Assembly (NCBI GenBank): GCA_016234115.1
Contig: JACRHD010000060.1
Coordinates: 41,135-105,134 of the forward strand
Direction of reading: 5' to 3'
Source: Nitrospirota bacterium
Lineage (GTDB): Bacteria > Nitrospirota > Thermodesulfovibrionia > UBA6902
Length of the DNA stretch: 64,000 nucleotides
Position 1 is the first letter of the stretch, and each line of letters opens with the position of its first letter. Below the pieces are notes generated by a model. The model searched no databases and was not told where the DNA came from. It saw only the letters and a program-made list of their open reading frames with translations. This document shows positions 1 to 7,655 of the stretch, piece by piece. The translations under genes and the position numbers were made by a program.

Positions 1-19
1 TTGACAGCCAAGGTATTTA

Positions 20-463
20 ATGTCTATGTTCATAACACGTAAAACAGATTACGCCATACGATGTATTCTTTACCTTTCAAAGGACCTTGACCGCATTGCC
101 ACTGTTGAAGAGATATCGAAAGCAGTTCATGTCCCGAAGACGTTCATGGCAAAGATACTTCAGCAACTGATGAAGGCCGGGATCGCGGGCTCTGTCCGGG
201 GTATAAAGGGAGGGTTTCAGCTTGCAAGAAATCCGGAGGACATCAACCTCCTTGAGGTCATTGAAGCCATTCAGGGTCCTTCGGCAGCCAATATATGCGC
301 TCTCGACAAGAAGGCGTGCAGTCTCAGCGGGACATGCGCCGTCCACACGGTATGGGTCGAGCTGCGCGAAGAGGTCAACAGTCGCCTGAAAAGCTGGGAT
401 TTCGGGAAACTGACGGATAGAGAAAACAGATTGTCACATAGGGCAAAATGTGATAAAAGGTAA
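20..463 (+). CDS. Rrf2-family (IscR/NsrR-like) Fe-S transcriptional regulator
   Basis: The N-terminal winged HTH reads 'TDYAIRCILYL...ISKAVHVPKTFMAKILQQLMKAGI...GGFQLAR', typical of Rrf2 proteins. Three C-terminal Cys (CALDKKACSLSGTC) are spaced like IscR/NsrR cluster ligands. It lies immediately upstream of ccoN. Confidence 0.8.
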   Translation: MSMFITRKTDYAIRCILYLSKDLDRIATVEEISKAVHVPKTFMAKILQQLMKAGIAGSVRGIKGGFQLARNPEDINLLEVIEAIQGPSAANICALDKKACSLSGTCAVHTVWVELREEVNSRLKSWDFGKLTDRENRLSHRAKCDKR

Positions 464-502
464 ATATGACATGTCTTTAACCTTTTTAAGAGGAGGCGCA
501 TC

Positions 503-1912
503 ATGAATGATTATCAATACGATAATCTGACGGTCAAAGGATTCATCACCTCCTCCATCTTCTGGGGTGTAGTAGGCATCCTCGCCGGAATCTGGATCTC
601 CATCCAGATGTGGAGTCCGTCATTGAATGTCCCCCCCTACTTCACATTCGGAAGATTGAGGGTGGTGCATACCAATATCCTGGCGTTCGGGCTCGTCCTG
701 GGATCTCTGATGGGAACATTCTACTACATCACAATGAGGCTGACCAGGAGACCTCTTCTCTTACCGAAGCTCGCAAGACTTACCTTGTATTTGTTCAACG
801 CCGCCATAGCGCTGGCCACGGTGACCCTGCTTCTTGGAATGACCCAGTCCCTTGAATACGCCGAGCTTGAATGGCCGCTCGACGTCGGGGTCGTTATTTT
901 ATGGGTGCTTTTTTCAGTCAATATTCTCGGCACTGTCATTAAAAGGAAAGAGGAACAGATGTACATCTCGCTCTGGTATATCATCGCCACGCTGATAACA
1001 ATTGCGGTGATCTACATTATCAATAACCTTTCCATCCCGGCGGGCCTCTTCAAGTCCTACCATCTTTTCGCTGGCGTCAACAGCGCCAACATCGAATGGT
1101 GGTACGGCCACAACGCGGTCGGGTCCGAACTCACAATGGCGGTCCTGGCAATATTCTATTACTTCCTGCCCAAATCCACGGGCATGCCGATATACAGCCA
1201 CAGGCTGTCGATAATCGCCTTCTGGTCGCTCGTATTCACATATCTCTGGACAGGCGCCCACCACCTTGTTTATACGCCTTTGCCGGACTGGATACAGACA
1301 CTCGGTATCGCCTTTACCGTGTTTCTCATTGCGCCGTCCTGGGGCTCGGTGGTAAACGGGTTCTATACCGTGGGCGCGGACTGGTCAAAGATGAGGACCC
1401 ATTATCTTACAAAATTCTTCATTCTCGGCATCACGTTCTACGGACTCCAGACCGTCCAGGGACCGACCCAGGGGCTCAGGGTGGTAAGCCAGTTGATCCA
1501 TTACACCGACTGGGTGCCCGGGCATGTGCATATGGGCACTATGGGATGGGACGCGCTGGTAATCGTCGCGGCCATTTACTATATCATCCCGCAGATATAT
1601 AAGACGGAGATATACAGCATAAAGATCGCAAATACCCATTTCTACCTCGTTTTGATCGGGCAACTGATCTTCTCGGTAACAATGTGGTTCACCGGGATCC
1701 AGCAAGGGGCCATGTGGAAGGCTTTAAACCCGGACGGAACGCTTAAGTACACGTTCATGGAGACCCTCGTGAAGAATTATCCCTTCTGGAAGATGAGGAC
1801 CCTTGGCGGAATTATATTCACTGTCGGGATGCTCTTTTTTATCTATAACATATACATGACGATCCGCAGGGGCAAGGAGCTGATTGCGTCAGGGGCGCAG
1901 GAGGTGGCATGA
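503..1912 (+). CDS. ccoN: cbb3-type cytochrome c oxidase subunit I (CcoN)
   Basis: 469-aa polytopic haem-copper oxidase with the conserved His ligands. It is followed by a CcoO-signature gene and a ccoGHIS-like set. An RBS (aggagg) precedes the ATG. Confidence 0.85.
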   Translation: MNDYQYDNLTVKGFITSSIFWGVVGILAGIWISIQMWSPSLNVPPYFTFGRLRVVHTNILAFGLVLGSLMGTFYYITMRLTRRPLLLPKLARLTLYLFNAAIALATVTLLLGMTQSLEYAELEWPLDVGVVILWVLFSVNILGTVIKRKEEQMYISLWYIIATLITIAVIYIINNLSIPAGLFKSYHLFAGVNSANIEWWYGHNAVGSELTMAVLAIFYYFLPKSTGMPIYSHRLSIIAFWSLVFTYLWTGAHHLVYTPLPDWIQTLGIAFTVFLIAPSWGSVVNGFYTVGADWSKMRTHYLTKFFILGITFYGLQTVQGPTQGLRVVSQLIHYTDWVPGHVHMGTMGWDALVIVAAIYYIIPQIYKTEIYSIKIANTHFYLVLIGQLIFSVTMWFTGIQQGAMWKALNPDGTLKYTFMETLVKNYPFWKMRTLGGIIFTVGMLFFIYNIYMTIRRGKELIASGAQEVA

Positions 1913-2853
1913 TGAAAGGCGAACTTTATAGAAGGCCCATACTGTTTGCTATTGTAGCTACTCTGGCCGTTCTTGTTGGAAGTATTGTTACTGCTATATA
2001 CCCGATATTTACCGAGCAGATGCATCCGAAGCTTGAAGCGCTTAAGCCCTTTACCGCCTTACAGCTTGCGGGAAGGGACATCTACCAGAGAGAAGGATGT
2101 GTTAATTGCCACACCCAGACCGTCAGGCCGCTTAAGACCGAAGTGCAGAGGTATGGCGAATACTCAAAGGCCGGGGAGTTCGCATACGACCATCCGTTTC
2201 TGTGGGGCTCCAAGAGGACCGGTCCCGACCTTGCGAGGATAGGAGGTAAATACCCCGATGCATGGCACTACAGGCATTTTGAAGATCCCGCGTCGTTCTT
2301 TGCGGAATCAAATATGCCCGCCTATGCATGGCTGAAGGACGAAAGGCTTGTTCCTTCCTCAGTGGAAGCCCACATGAAGGCGCTGAGTTTCCCGTATAAG
2401 AATGAAGAAATAGCCGCTCTTTCCGTCAAGTCGGAGCTTGACGCGCTTGTTTCTTATATGCAGGTAATAGGTACTTCCGTGGCAAAGAGACCCGTGGCAG
2501 CGACAACACATGTTGAAGTAGCAGAAGAGTCTCATCTTCAAAATCCCTTCGCAGGCGACGCGCAGGCTATAGCTTCCGGGAAAATGATCTACGCCGACAA
2601 CTGCGCAGTCTGCCATGATGATGATGCCGAAGGCGACATCGGCCCCGATCTGACCGATGATGTATTCCTTTATGCGGAAGGGGATTTACCGGATAATGAT
2701 TACTTTGAGATCATCAACAACGGCACGACGGCCGGGATAGTCGAGGAAGGACGCCGGGCAAAAGGCGGGATGCCCGCATACAAAGATGTATTAAGCAAAG
2801 ATGCGATATGGTCGGTAATCGCTTATATACGATCACTTCAGGAGAAGAAATAG
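1909..2853 (+). CDS. ccoO: cbb3 oxidase dihaem cytochrome c subunit (CcoO fused to a CcoP-like C-terminal haem domain)
   Basis: The N-terminal transmembrane segment is followed by CVNCH and the CcoO signature 'WGSKRTGPDLARIGGKY...WH..HF..P...S.MPAYAWL'. A second haem motif, CAVCHDDDAEGDIGPDL, lies in the C-terminal roughly 110 aa. The start overlaps the ccoN stop (ATGA). Confidence 0.8.
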   Translation: MMKGELYRRPILFAIVATLAVLVGSIVTAIYPIFTEQMHPKLEALKPFTALQLAGRDIYQREGCVNCHTQTVRPLKTEVQRYGEYSKAGEFAYDHPFLWGSKRTGPDLARIGGKYPDAWHYRHFEDPASFFAESNMPAYAWLKDERLVPSSVEAHMKALSFPYKNEEIAALSVKSELDALVSYMQVIGTSVAKRPVAATTHVEVAEESHLQNPFAGDAQAIASGKMIYADNCAVCHDDDAEGDIGPDLTDDVFLYAEGDLPDNDYFEIINNGTTAGIVEEGRRAKGGMPAYKDVLSKDAIWSVIAYIRSLQEKK

Positions 2854-2860
2854 AATTGTA

Positions 2861-2883
2861 GGGGCGAGGCGGCGCCTCGCCCT
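2861..2883 (+). terminator. GC-rich hairpin downstream of ccoO
   Basis: gggcgaggc-ggc-gcctcgccc is a perfect 9-bp stem located 8 nt after the stop. No U-tract follows, so this may be a stability element rather than an intrinsic terminator. Confidence 0.3.
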
Positions 2884-2963
2884 GAAGGGAGATTCACCGA
2901 ATCGCCCCTACGGGATTTCGGGTCTGACCGGAATCCGGACGAATAAAAGGAGGATGTAACTAT

Positions 2964-3413
2964 ATGTGCATGGATTACAAGAAGGAATGTTGCTGCGGCA
3001 GTAAGGTCGCCGGCTTTAATTTGAGGGACGGGGTAATGCCTGTCGGCGTTGTAAGCAGGCTTTATTGCCCCGAGTGTTCAAAGGATGTTGCTCATGACCC
3101 GGAGACTATGGTCCACGACAACGGCTGGATCATAGAATACGACATGGATGCCGCAAGGTTTATGGGCAAACAAATCTCTGTAACGAAAATTACGCCGGAT
3201 TTTCTTTTTGATGAAGGATACTGCACCTGGCGGGGAACATACCCAACGGACCACATAGATTCCGTGAGGGAGCGCGAAGAGATAATAAAACTTGCAAAGA
3301 CGGACCCTAAGAGATATTTCGCGGAAATCAGAAGATGGGGAACAGAAAGAATGGACCGCCTTGCCGCAGCCGGATGGAGGAAGGCGAATGAGCGTGAACA
3401 GTCAAAAGTTTAA
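2964..3413 (+). CDS. hypothetical Cys-rich protein
   Basis: 149-aa ORF with RBS aaggagg. It contains 'CCCGSK...CPEC' motifs. I could not recognise the family. Confidence 0.4.
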   Translation: MCMDYKKECCCGSKVAGFNLRDGVMPVGVVSRLYCPECSKDVAHDPETMVHDNGWIIEYDMDAARFMGKQISVTKITPDFLFDEGYCTWRGTYPTDHIDSVREREEIIKLAKTDPKRYFAEIRRWGTERMDRLAAAGWRKANEREQSKV

Positions 3414-3564
3414 TGGAAAGCCCGCGTGCGCGGAAAAGCCCGTGGCTTTTCCCGCGGAAATGACGTGCCCTCACTGCGGAGCGCTCGTTGAAATCTGGAA
3501 CGACGAGTACGAGGCCTCGTGCCCTCTTTGCAGAAAGACAGTGTACAGGGAGGAGTCATGGTAA
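3388..3564 (+). CDS. small zinc-ribbon protein (CxxC...CxxC)
   Basis: The ATG at 3388 is preceded by ggaggaagg. The protein reads 'MSVNSQKF...CPHCGALVEIWNDEYEASCPLCRK'. The start overlaps the stop of the upstream ORF. Confidence 0.4.
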   Translation: MSVNSQKFNGKPACAEKPVAFPAEMTCPHCGALVEIWNDEYEASCPLCRKTVYREESW

Positions 3565-3743
3565 ATGAATACGACAACTTGGAAGAGTTTGAAGCTGAAG
3601 AAACAAAAAACAAACTGCCCGCCGGCTGGCTGATACTTTTCTGGGGACTGATACTCTGGGGCATTTACTATTATGCCGCCTATAGTCCCGCCGTCAGCGG
3701 CTGGACACAGGAAAAGGCGTACGAGGAAACGTTGAAAAAATAA
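3558..3743 (+). CDS. small membrane protein resembling the CcoP N-terminus or CcoQ ('EYDN...LP.WW' plus one TM)
   Basis: RBS aggagg is followed by 'MVNEYDNLEEF...KLPAGWLILFWGLILWGIYYYAAYSP'. This pattern matches the N-terminal anchor region of CcoP, split off as a separate small subunit. Confidence 0.45.
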   Translation: MVNEYDNLEEFEAEETKNKLPAGWLILFWGLILWGIYYYAAYSPAVSGWTQEKAYEETLKK

Positions 3744-3835
3744 AGAAACCCGTTCCAACCGCTTGAGCCGCTCGAACCGCTTGAGCCGTGTAAACAGTTC
3801 AAGCGGTTCAAGCGTTAATAAAAGGAGGCTTAACC

Positions 3836-4456
3836 ATGTCAGACACATGCAGTTGTTTAGGATGCAATGTAGGCGAAACAGTACCGGACTTCAGGCTTGA
3901 GACTTACGAGCCGGCCAAGGGCGACTTCGGAGAGATCAGCCTTGAGACACTGAGGAATAATGGGAAGTGGACGATACTGTTTTTCTACCCTGCGGATTTC
4001 ACATTTGTCTGAGCTACCGAATTTGCTGCTCTGGCAGAGCAGTACGACAAGTTCAAAATGATGGACGCGGAGATCATTACAGTCAGCTCGGACACAAAGT
4101 TCGTGCACCTCGCGTGGCAGAGGGATGAAATGGAGCTGAAGGGGGTAAAATTCCCGATGGGCTCGGACACCACCGGCAAACTTGCGAGGATGTTCGGCGT
4201 TTATGATGAGAATACCGGCCTTTCATTAAGAGGCACCTTCATCATAAGTCCGGAAGGAAAGCTCATGAACTCGGAAGTCAATTTCTATAACCTCGGCAGG
4301 AACATTGACGAGCTGCTGAGAAAATTCAGGGCCAACCGCCATCTTGCGGAATACACTGCGGAGGCATGCCCTGCCCAATGGAGAAGCAACGGCGACCTGA
4401 CCCTGAAGCCTTCCGCCAAAATGGTCGGAAAGGTGCATGAAGCAATGGGGAAGTGA
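3836..4456 (+). CDS. selenocysteine-containing 2-Cys peroxiredoxin (in-frame UGA at 4010..4012 replaces the peroxidatic Cys)
   Basis: The ATG at 3836 (RBS aaggagg) opens a frame that reads ...FYPADFTFV-[TGA]-ATEFAA... and continues into ORF 4058..4456 in the same frame. The canonical peroxiredoxin motif is FTFVCPTE, so the TGA sits exactly at the peroxidatic-Cys position. The rest aligns to the AhpC/Prx fold ('VSSDTKFVHLAW', 'RGTFIISPEGKL...GRNIDELLR'). Confidence 0.75.
4026..4042 (+). promoter_or_regulatory. putative bacterial SECIS hairpin 13 nt downstream of the UGA
   Basis: ctgctct-ggc-agagcag forms a 7-bp stem with a small loop. It starts 13 nt 3' of the in-frame TGA, which is the spacing expected for a bacterial SECIS. 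Confidence 0.5.
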
Positions 4457-4520
4457 CAAGTGACGAGTAACAGGTGACAGGTGCCTTTTTACATGTTACT
4501 TGTCACTTGTTACTTGTTAC
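4453..4520. repeat. heptad-built inverted-repeat hairpin (GTGACAA GTGACGA GTAACAG GTGACAG / loop / GTTACTT GTCACTT GTTACTT)
   Basis: Four tandem GTRACRR heptads, a 14-nt spacer, then inverted copies. The first heptad contains the prx stop codon. Confidence 0.7.
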
Positions 4521-4534
4521 TATTTGGAGGATTC

Positions 4535-4630
4535 ATGGACATATCGGTCATCGCAACAATAGGTTTCACCACAATCGCAGCGCTGGGGATAGTGTTTATA
4601 TTATTAACTTCAGCCAGGAAGAGAAAATAA
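4535..4630 (+). CDS. small single-TM membrane protein (31 aa)
   Basis: RBS ggagg, then MDISVIATIGFTTIAALGIVFILLTSARKRK. It is bracketed by heptad repeats. Confidence 0.35.
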   Translation: MDISVIATIGFTTIAALGIVFILLTSARKRK

Positions 4631-4633
4631 AAT

Positions 4634-4798
4634 ATGACGTCTCAGCAGACAGCATATTTCGTCTTCGGACTCACGCTCGTTGTCATATTCACGGTAATAA
4701 TCATCTTTTACTCTTCAAAAAAGAGACACAAAGAGGTGGAGGGGCCGAAGTATAAAATGCTCGAGGATGAAGACAGAGAAGTGACGAGTGACAAGTAA
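4634..4798 (+). CDS. CcoS-like small membrane protein (divergent paralog)
   Basis: 54 aa with one TM and the tail 'EGPKYKMLEDEDRE'. The bona fide CcoS at 10202 ends 'AEKPKYRMLDDEDRQ'. The 3' end and stop of this gene lie inside a heptad repeat. Confidence 0.45.
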   Translation: MTSQQTAYFVFGLTLVVIFTVIIIFYSSKKRHKEVEGPKYKMLEDEDREVTSDK

Positions 4799-4866
4799 CA
4801 AGTGATCGGCAATTTACAAAAATCCCTCTAACTCGTTACCCGTTACTTGTTACCCGTTACTTGTTA
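4781..4866. repeat. heptad-built inverted-repeat element
   Basis: gtgacgagtgacaagtaacaagtga ... ctcgttacccgttacttgttacccgttacttgttac, running up to the ccoG start. Confidence 0.7.
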
Positions 4867-4869
4867 CTA

Positions 4870-6069
4870 ATGAAATTAAGGATACACACGTGGAGGCGTC
4901 TTGCCGGGATTGTCCAGGCGGTCATTATTATCGGTCTCCCTTTTCTCAGGACAGGCGGCGAGAGCGCGTTGCGGTTTGATATTCCGTCGCTGACGCTCCA
5001 CTTCTTCGGCGCCGGCATATGGATGGAAGATTTTTTTATCGTCCTGGTTGCCGTAATGTTCGTGACGCTTCTGCTTGCATTTATCACATTGATGTTCGGA
5101 AGGATATGGTGCGGATGGGCGTGTCCCCAGACGGTGCTCATCGATTTCACGCCCTTCGCGGACAAGATGAAATCCGGAGGCATTATATTCAAATCAGGGG
5201 CCTATGCCCTGATCTTTTTTATAAGCGTAATAGTCTCTGCAAATCTCATATGGTATTTCGTCTCGCCGTATGAATTCATAGGGAAGCTGACAGAGGGAGG
5301 TCCTGGAAATGTTACTCTTGGATTCTGGGTGGTCATGAGCGGAATCCTGTTTCTGAATTTTGCCATGCTCAGACACACCTTCTGCGCGACGGTCTGCCCT
5401 TATGCGAAACTGCAGAGCGTCCTGTTCGACGATAAGACGCTCGTTATATCCTTTGATCCGCGCAGAAAGCAAGAGTGCATGAAGTGCATGGCCTGCGTAA
5501 GGACATGTCCCGTCGGAATTGATATCAGGGAAGGGTCAAACGCCGCGTGTATAAGCTGCGCGCAGTGCATCGACGCATGCACAAACATCATGGAGCGCAG
5601 TCATAAGAAGTCCCTGATAGGATATTTCTTCGGTCTTCCGGGCACTGAGGGAAGGTTACTCCGCCGGAGCGCGGCAATCACGGGTTCGGCCTCTCTGGCG
5701 TTTCTGATTTTTTTTATATACCTTGTGCTGACACACGTTCCTCTCGACATGACCATTCTTCCCAACTACTCGTACCCTCCGCGCATCACGGCCGATGGCG
5801 GTGTCATCAACTCGTATATCCTTTCCCTTAAAAACAGGGGGAGGTCGGACGCGGAAATAGACATCACGGCAGCAGGGAAAGAAGGTGTTATCAAGTTGAC
5901 TCCCGACAGCGTACACCTCTCTGCGGGGGGACTGAAGAAATTACCTGTCTATGTACAGATTGACAATATACCAGGGAAAGAAACCCCGGTAAGCATCGAT
6001 ATATCTATAAGGTCAAAAGATTCAGGAGGCGACGCAGTCGTCAAAAAAGCAAATTTCATTATTCCGTAG
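4870..6069 (+). CDS. ccoG: cbb3 oxidase accessory 4Fe-4S membrane protein CcoG/FixG
   Basis: Carries the CcoG signature 'RIWCGWACPQT' and two ferredoxin motifs (CMKCMACVRTCP, CISCAQCIDAC). The C-terminal half is predicted periplasmic. Confidence 0.8.
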   Translation: MKLRIHTWRRLAGIVQAVIIIGLPFLRTGGESALRFDIPSLTLHFFGAGIWMEDFFIVLVAVMFVTLLLAFITLMFGRIWCGWACPQTVLIDFTPFADKMKSGGIIFKSGAYALIFFISVIVSANLIWYFVSPYEFIGKLTEGGPGNVTLGFWVVMSGILFLNFAMLRHTFCATVCPYAKLQSVLFDDKTLVISFDPRRKQECMKCMACVRTCPVGIDIREGSNAACISCAQCIDACTNIMERSHKKSLIGYFFGLPGTEGRLLRRSAAITGSASLAFLIFFIYLVLTHVPLDMTILPNYSYPPRITADGGVINSYILSLKNRGRSDAEIDITAAGKEGVIKLTPDSVHLSAGGLKKLPVYVQIDNIPGKETPVSIDISIRSKDSGGDAVVKKANFIIP

Positions 6070-6079
6070 GAAAACTAAA

Positions 6080-6137
6080 GTAACGGGTAACAAGTAACGA
6101 GTGACGAATAATTATTTAGTCACCCGTCACTTGTCAC
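6080..6137. repeat. heptad-built inverted-repeat element
   Basis: gtaacgggtaacaagtaacgagtgacga / ataattatttag / tcacccgtcacttgtcac. Confidence 0.7.
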
Positions 6138-6152
6138 TAAATGGAGTTACAT

Positions 6153-6635
6153 ATGAAAACGTTAATCATCACAGTATCAATATTCGCCCTTTCCGCTGTA
6201 GTCGGCGCCATTGTCGTCGGAGTCAATGTCTTTGACGGGGTCGTGGTTGAAAAGCCGTATGAGACGGGACTGGAATGGGACAGGATACAGAATGAACAGG
6301 CCGATTCGGGAGCGCTCAACGATAAGGGCCTCCACGCGGTTTTCGACATCAACCCGAAGCCCGTGAGGGCCATGTCCGAGCTCGTTTTCAGCATGTATCT
6401 TGAAGAATCCGGCAGACCTGTCACTGACGCTGATATTACTCTGGACCTGACGATGCCGGGAATGTTTATGGGTATCAACAGACCCGTACTTAAACACGTC
6501 AAAGACGGCAGATATGAAGGCAAGGGAGTTATCCCCGCATGTCCGCACGGGGGAAAGCAGTGGAAGGCGGAGGTGAACATTGAACGGGGCGGCAAAGTTG
6601 AGACTGCAAGTTATACTTTTGAGGTGAATCAATGA
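6153..6635 (+). CDS. FixH/CcoH-like membrane-anchored protein
   Basis: About 160 aa with an N-terminal TM. It sits between ccoG and ccoI, as fixH does. RBS ggag. Confidence 0.5.
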   Translation: MKTLIITVSIFALSAVVGAIVVGVNVFDGVVVEKPYETGLEWDRIQNEQADSGALNDKGLHAVFDINPKPVRAMSELVFSMYLEESGRPVTDADITLDLTMPGMFMGINRPVLKHVKDGRYEGKGVIPACPHGGKQWKAEVNIERGGKVETASYTFEVNQ

Positions 6636-6716
6636 CAGACAGAAAAAGGGGCAAGGGTTAAGAAAGAACCGGTCCGGGTTTTTACCCTTGACCCCTGACC
6701 CTTGACCCTCAATACT

Positions 6717-7382
6717 ATGGAACTAAGTTACACCCTCGCATTTACAACAGGCTTTCTCGGAGGCTTCGGACATTGCATAGGTATGTGCGGACCTATTATT
6801 ACAGCATATACTTTTCACAGCACTCCTGCCGGATTTTATCCGTCACCTGTCAGGAACGTTCTTCCCCACCTCTTCTACAACACAGGGCGCATTACTACGT
6901 ACATGTTCGCGGGCGCGGTAATGGGATTGACAGGTTCATTTGTGAACACGGCAGGCCGCTTAACTGGGTTTCAAAATTCAGTAGCGCTTATTGCCGGGCT
7001 CCTGATGTTAATAATGGGTATACGAATTTCAGGCATTACAGGCGGAATAACATGGCTCGAAAAACGTAACGGCCTCATTATCCGGGCAGGGAAAGGTCTG
7101 GCAGGCGGCGAAACCTTATGGATGTATTATCCCCTCGGGGCGTTATTCGGCTTTCTGCCGTGCGGCCTTTCCTATTCAGCGTTCCTGGCCGCAGCGGGAA
7201 GCGGCAGCATGCTGTCCGGCATGCTTACAACGTTCTTCTTCGGGCTCGGCACACTTCCCGCGTTACTGTTGTTCGGGCTTGCCGCCGGGTATCTGAGTAA
7301 TAAATTAAAAGGGCTGCTGTACAGATTGTCAGGAGTGATCGTCATTTTGACGGGGGGGTATTTTATTGTCAGAGCATTATAA
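6717..7382 (+). CDS. DsbD_2/UreH-like polytopic membrane protein with an HCxxMCGP motif (probable metal or thiol handling)
   Basis: Has 'GGFGHCIGMCGPII' and about six TM helices. It is located inside the ccoGHIS maturation cluster. Confidence 0.5.
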   Translation: MELSYTLAFTTGFLGGFGHCIGMCGPIITAYTFHSTPAGFYPSPVRNVLPHLFYNTGRITTYMFAGAVMGLTGSFVNTAGRLTGFQNSVALIAGLLMLIMGIRISGITGGITWLEKRNGLIIRAGKGLAGGETLWMYYPLGALFGFLPCGLSYSAFLAAAGSGSMLSGMLTTFFFGLGTLPALLLFGLAAGYLSNKLKGLLYRLSGVIVILTGGYFIVRAL

Positions 7383-7385
7383 TTC

Positions 7386-7645
7386 AAAAAAATCCCCCTT
7401 AATCCCCCTTTTTCAAAGGGGGACTTTTAGAATTCCCCTCTTTGGAAAAGACCAACAGTAGGTGCCTTAAGCAGGGGTCAGGGGGAGATTTTGTCAAAAC
7501 AAAGGTGAGTACAATGTATCCATTCAGTTATAGGGTGTATCTTTGTGCCGGAAAGAAACCCACCCCCCTCCCAGGAGGGGACCTTGTCTTTAGTCCCCTC
7601 TTGAGAGGGGTGCAGGGGTGTGTTATAACTTGTAACTGAATGGAT
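7386..7645. repeat. composite intergenic repeat (element B 7386-7425, element A 7434-7492, IR-flanked element C 7519-7645)
   Basis: B = aaaaatcccccttaatcccccttttcaaagggggactttt. A = cccctctttggaaaagaccaacagtaggtgccttaagcaggggtcaggggagatttt. C is flanked by gtatccattcagttat / aactgaatggatac and contains the palindromes cccctcttgagagggg and cccctcccaggagggg. Copies occur at 16686, 53571, 58581 and 62967. Confidence 0.75.
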
Positions 7646-7655
7646 ACAAATTCTT

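Noticed and set aside
1096-1705. Overlapping ORFs (1096..1602 +, 1385..1705 -, 914..1264 -) within ccoN
   Set aside because: These are alternative-frame artefacts inside a well-supported membrane protein gene.
503-2853. Nitric oxide reductase NorB/NorC instead of cbb3 oxidase
   Set aside because: The second subunit carries the CcoO-specific WGSKRTGPDL..MPAYAWL signature. A complete ccoG-fixH-ccoI-ccoS maturation set is adjacent.
4010-4012. In-frame TGA interpreted as a pseudogene or nonsense mutation
   Set aside because: It replaces exactly the catalytic Cys codon, and the rest of the gene is intact. A hairpin lies at SECIS distance downstream. Selenocysteine recoding is the more parsimonious reading, although a sequencing error cannot be excluded from sequence alone.
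4058-4456. Stand-alone 132-aa ORF from the six-frame track
   Set aside because: It is the C-terminal two-thirds of the peroxiredoxin. The same frame is open back to the ATG at 3836, interrupted only by the TGA at the peroxidatic-Cys position.
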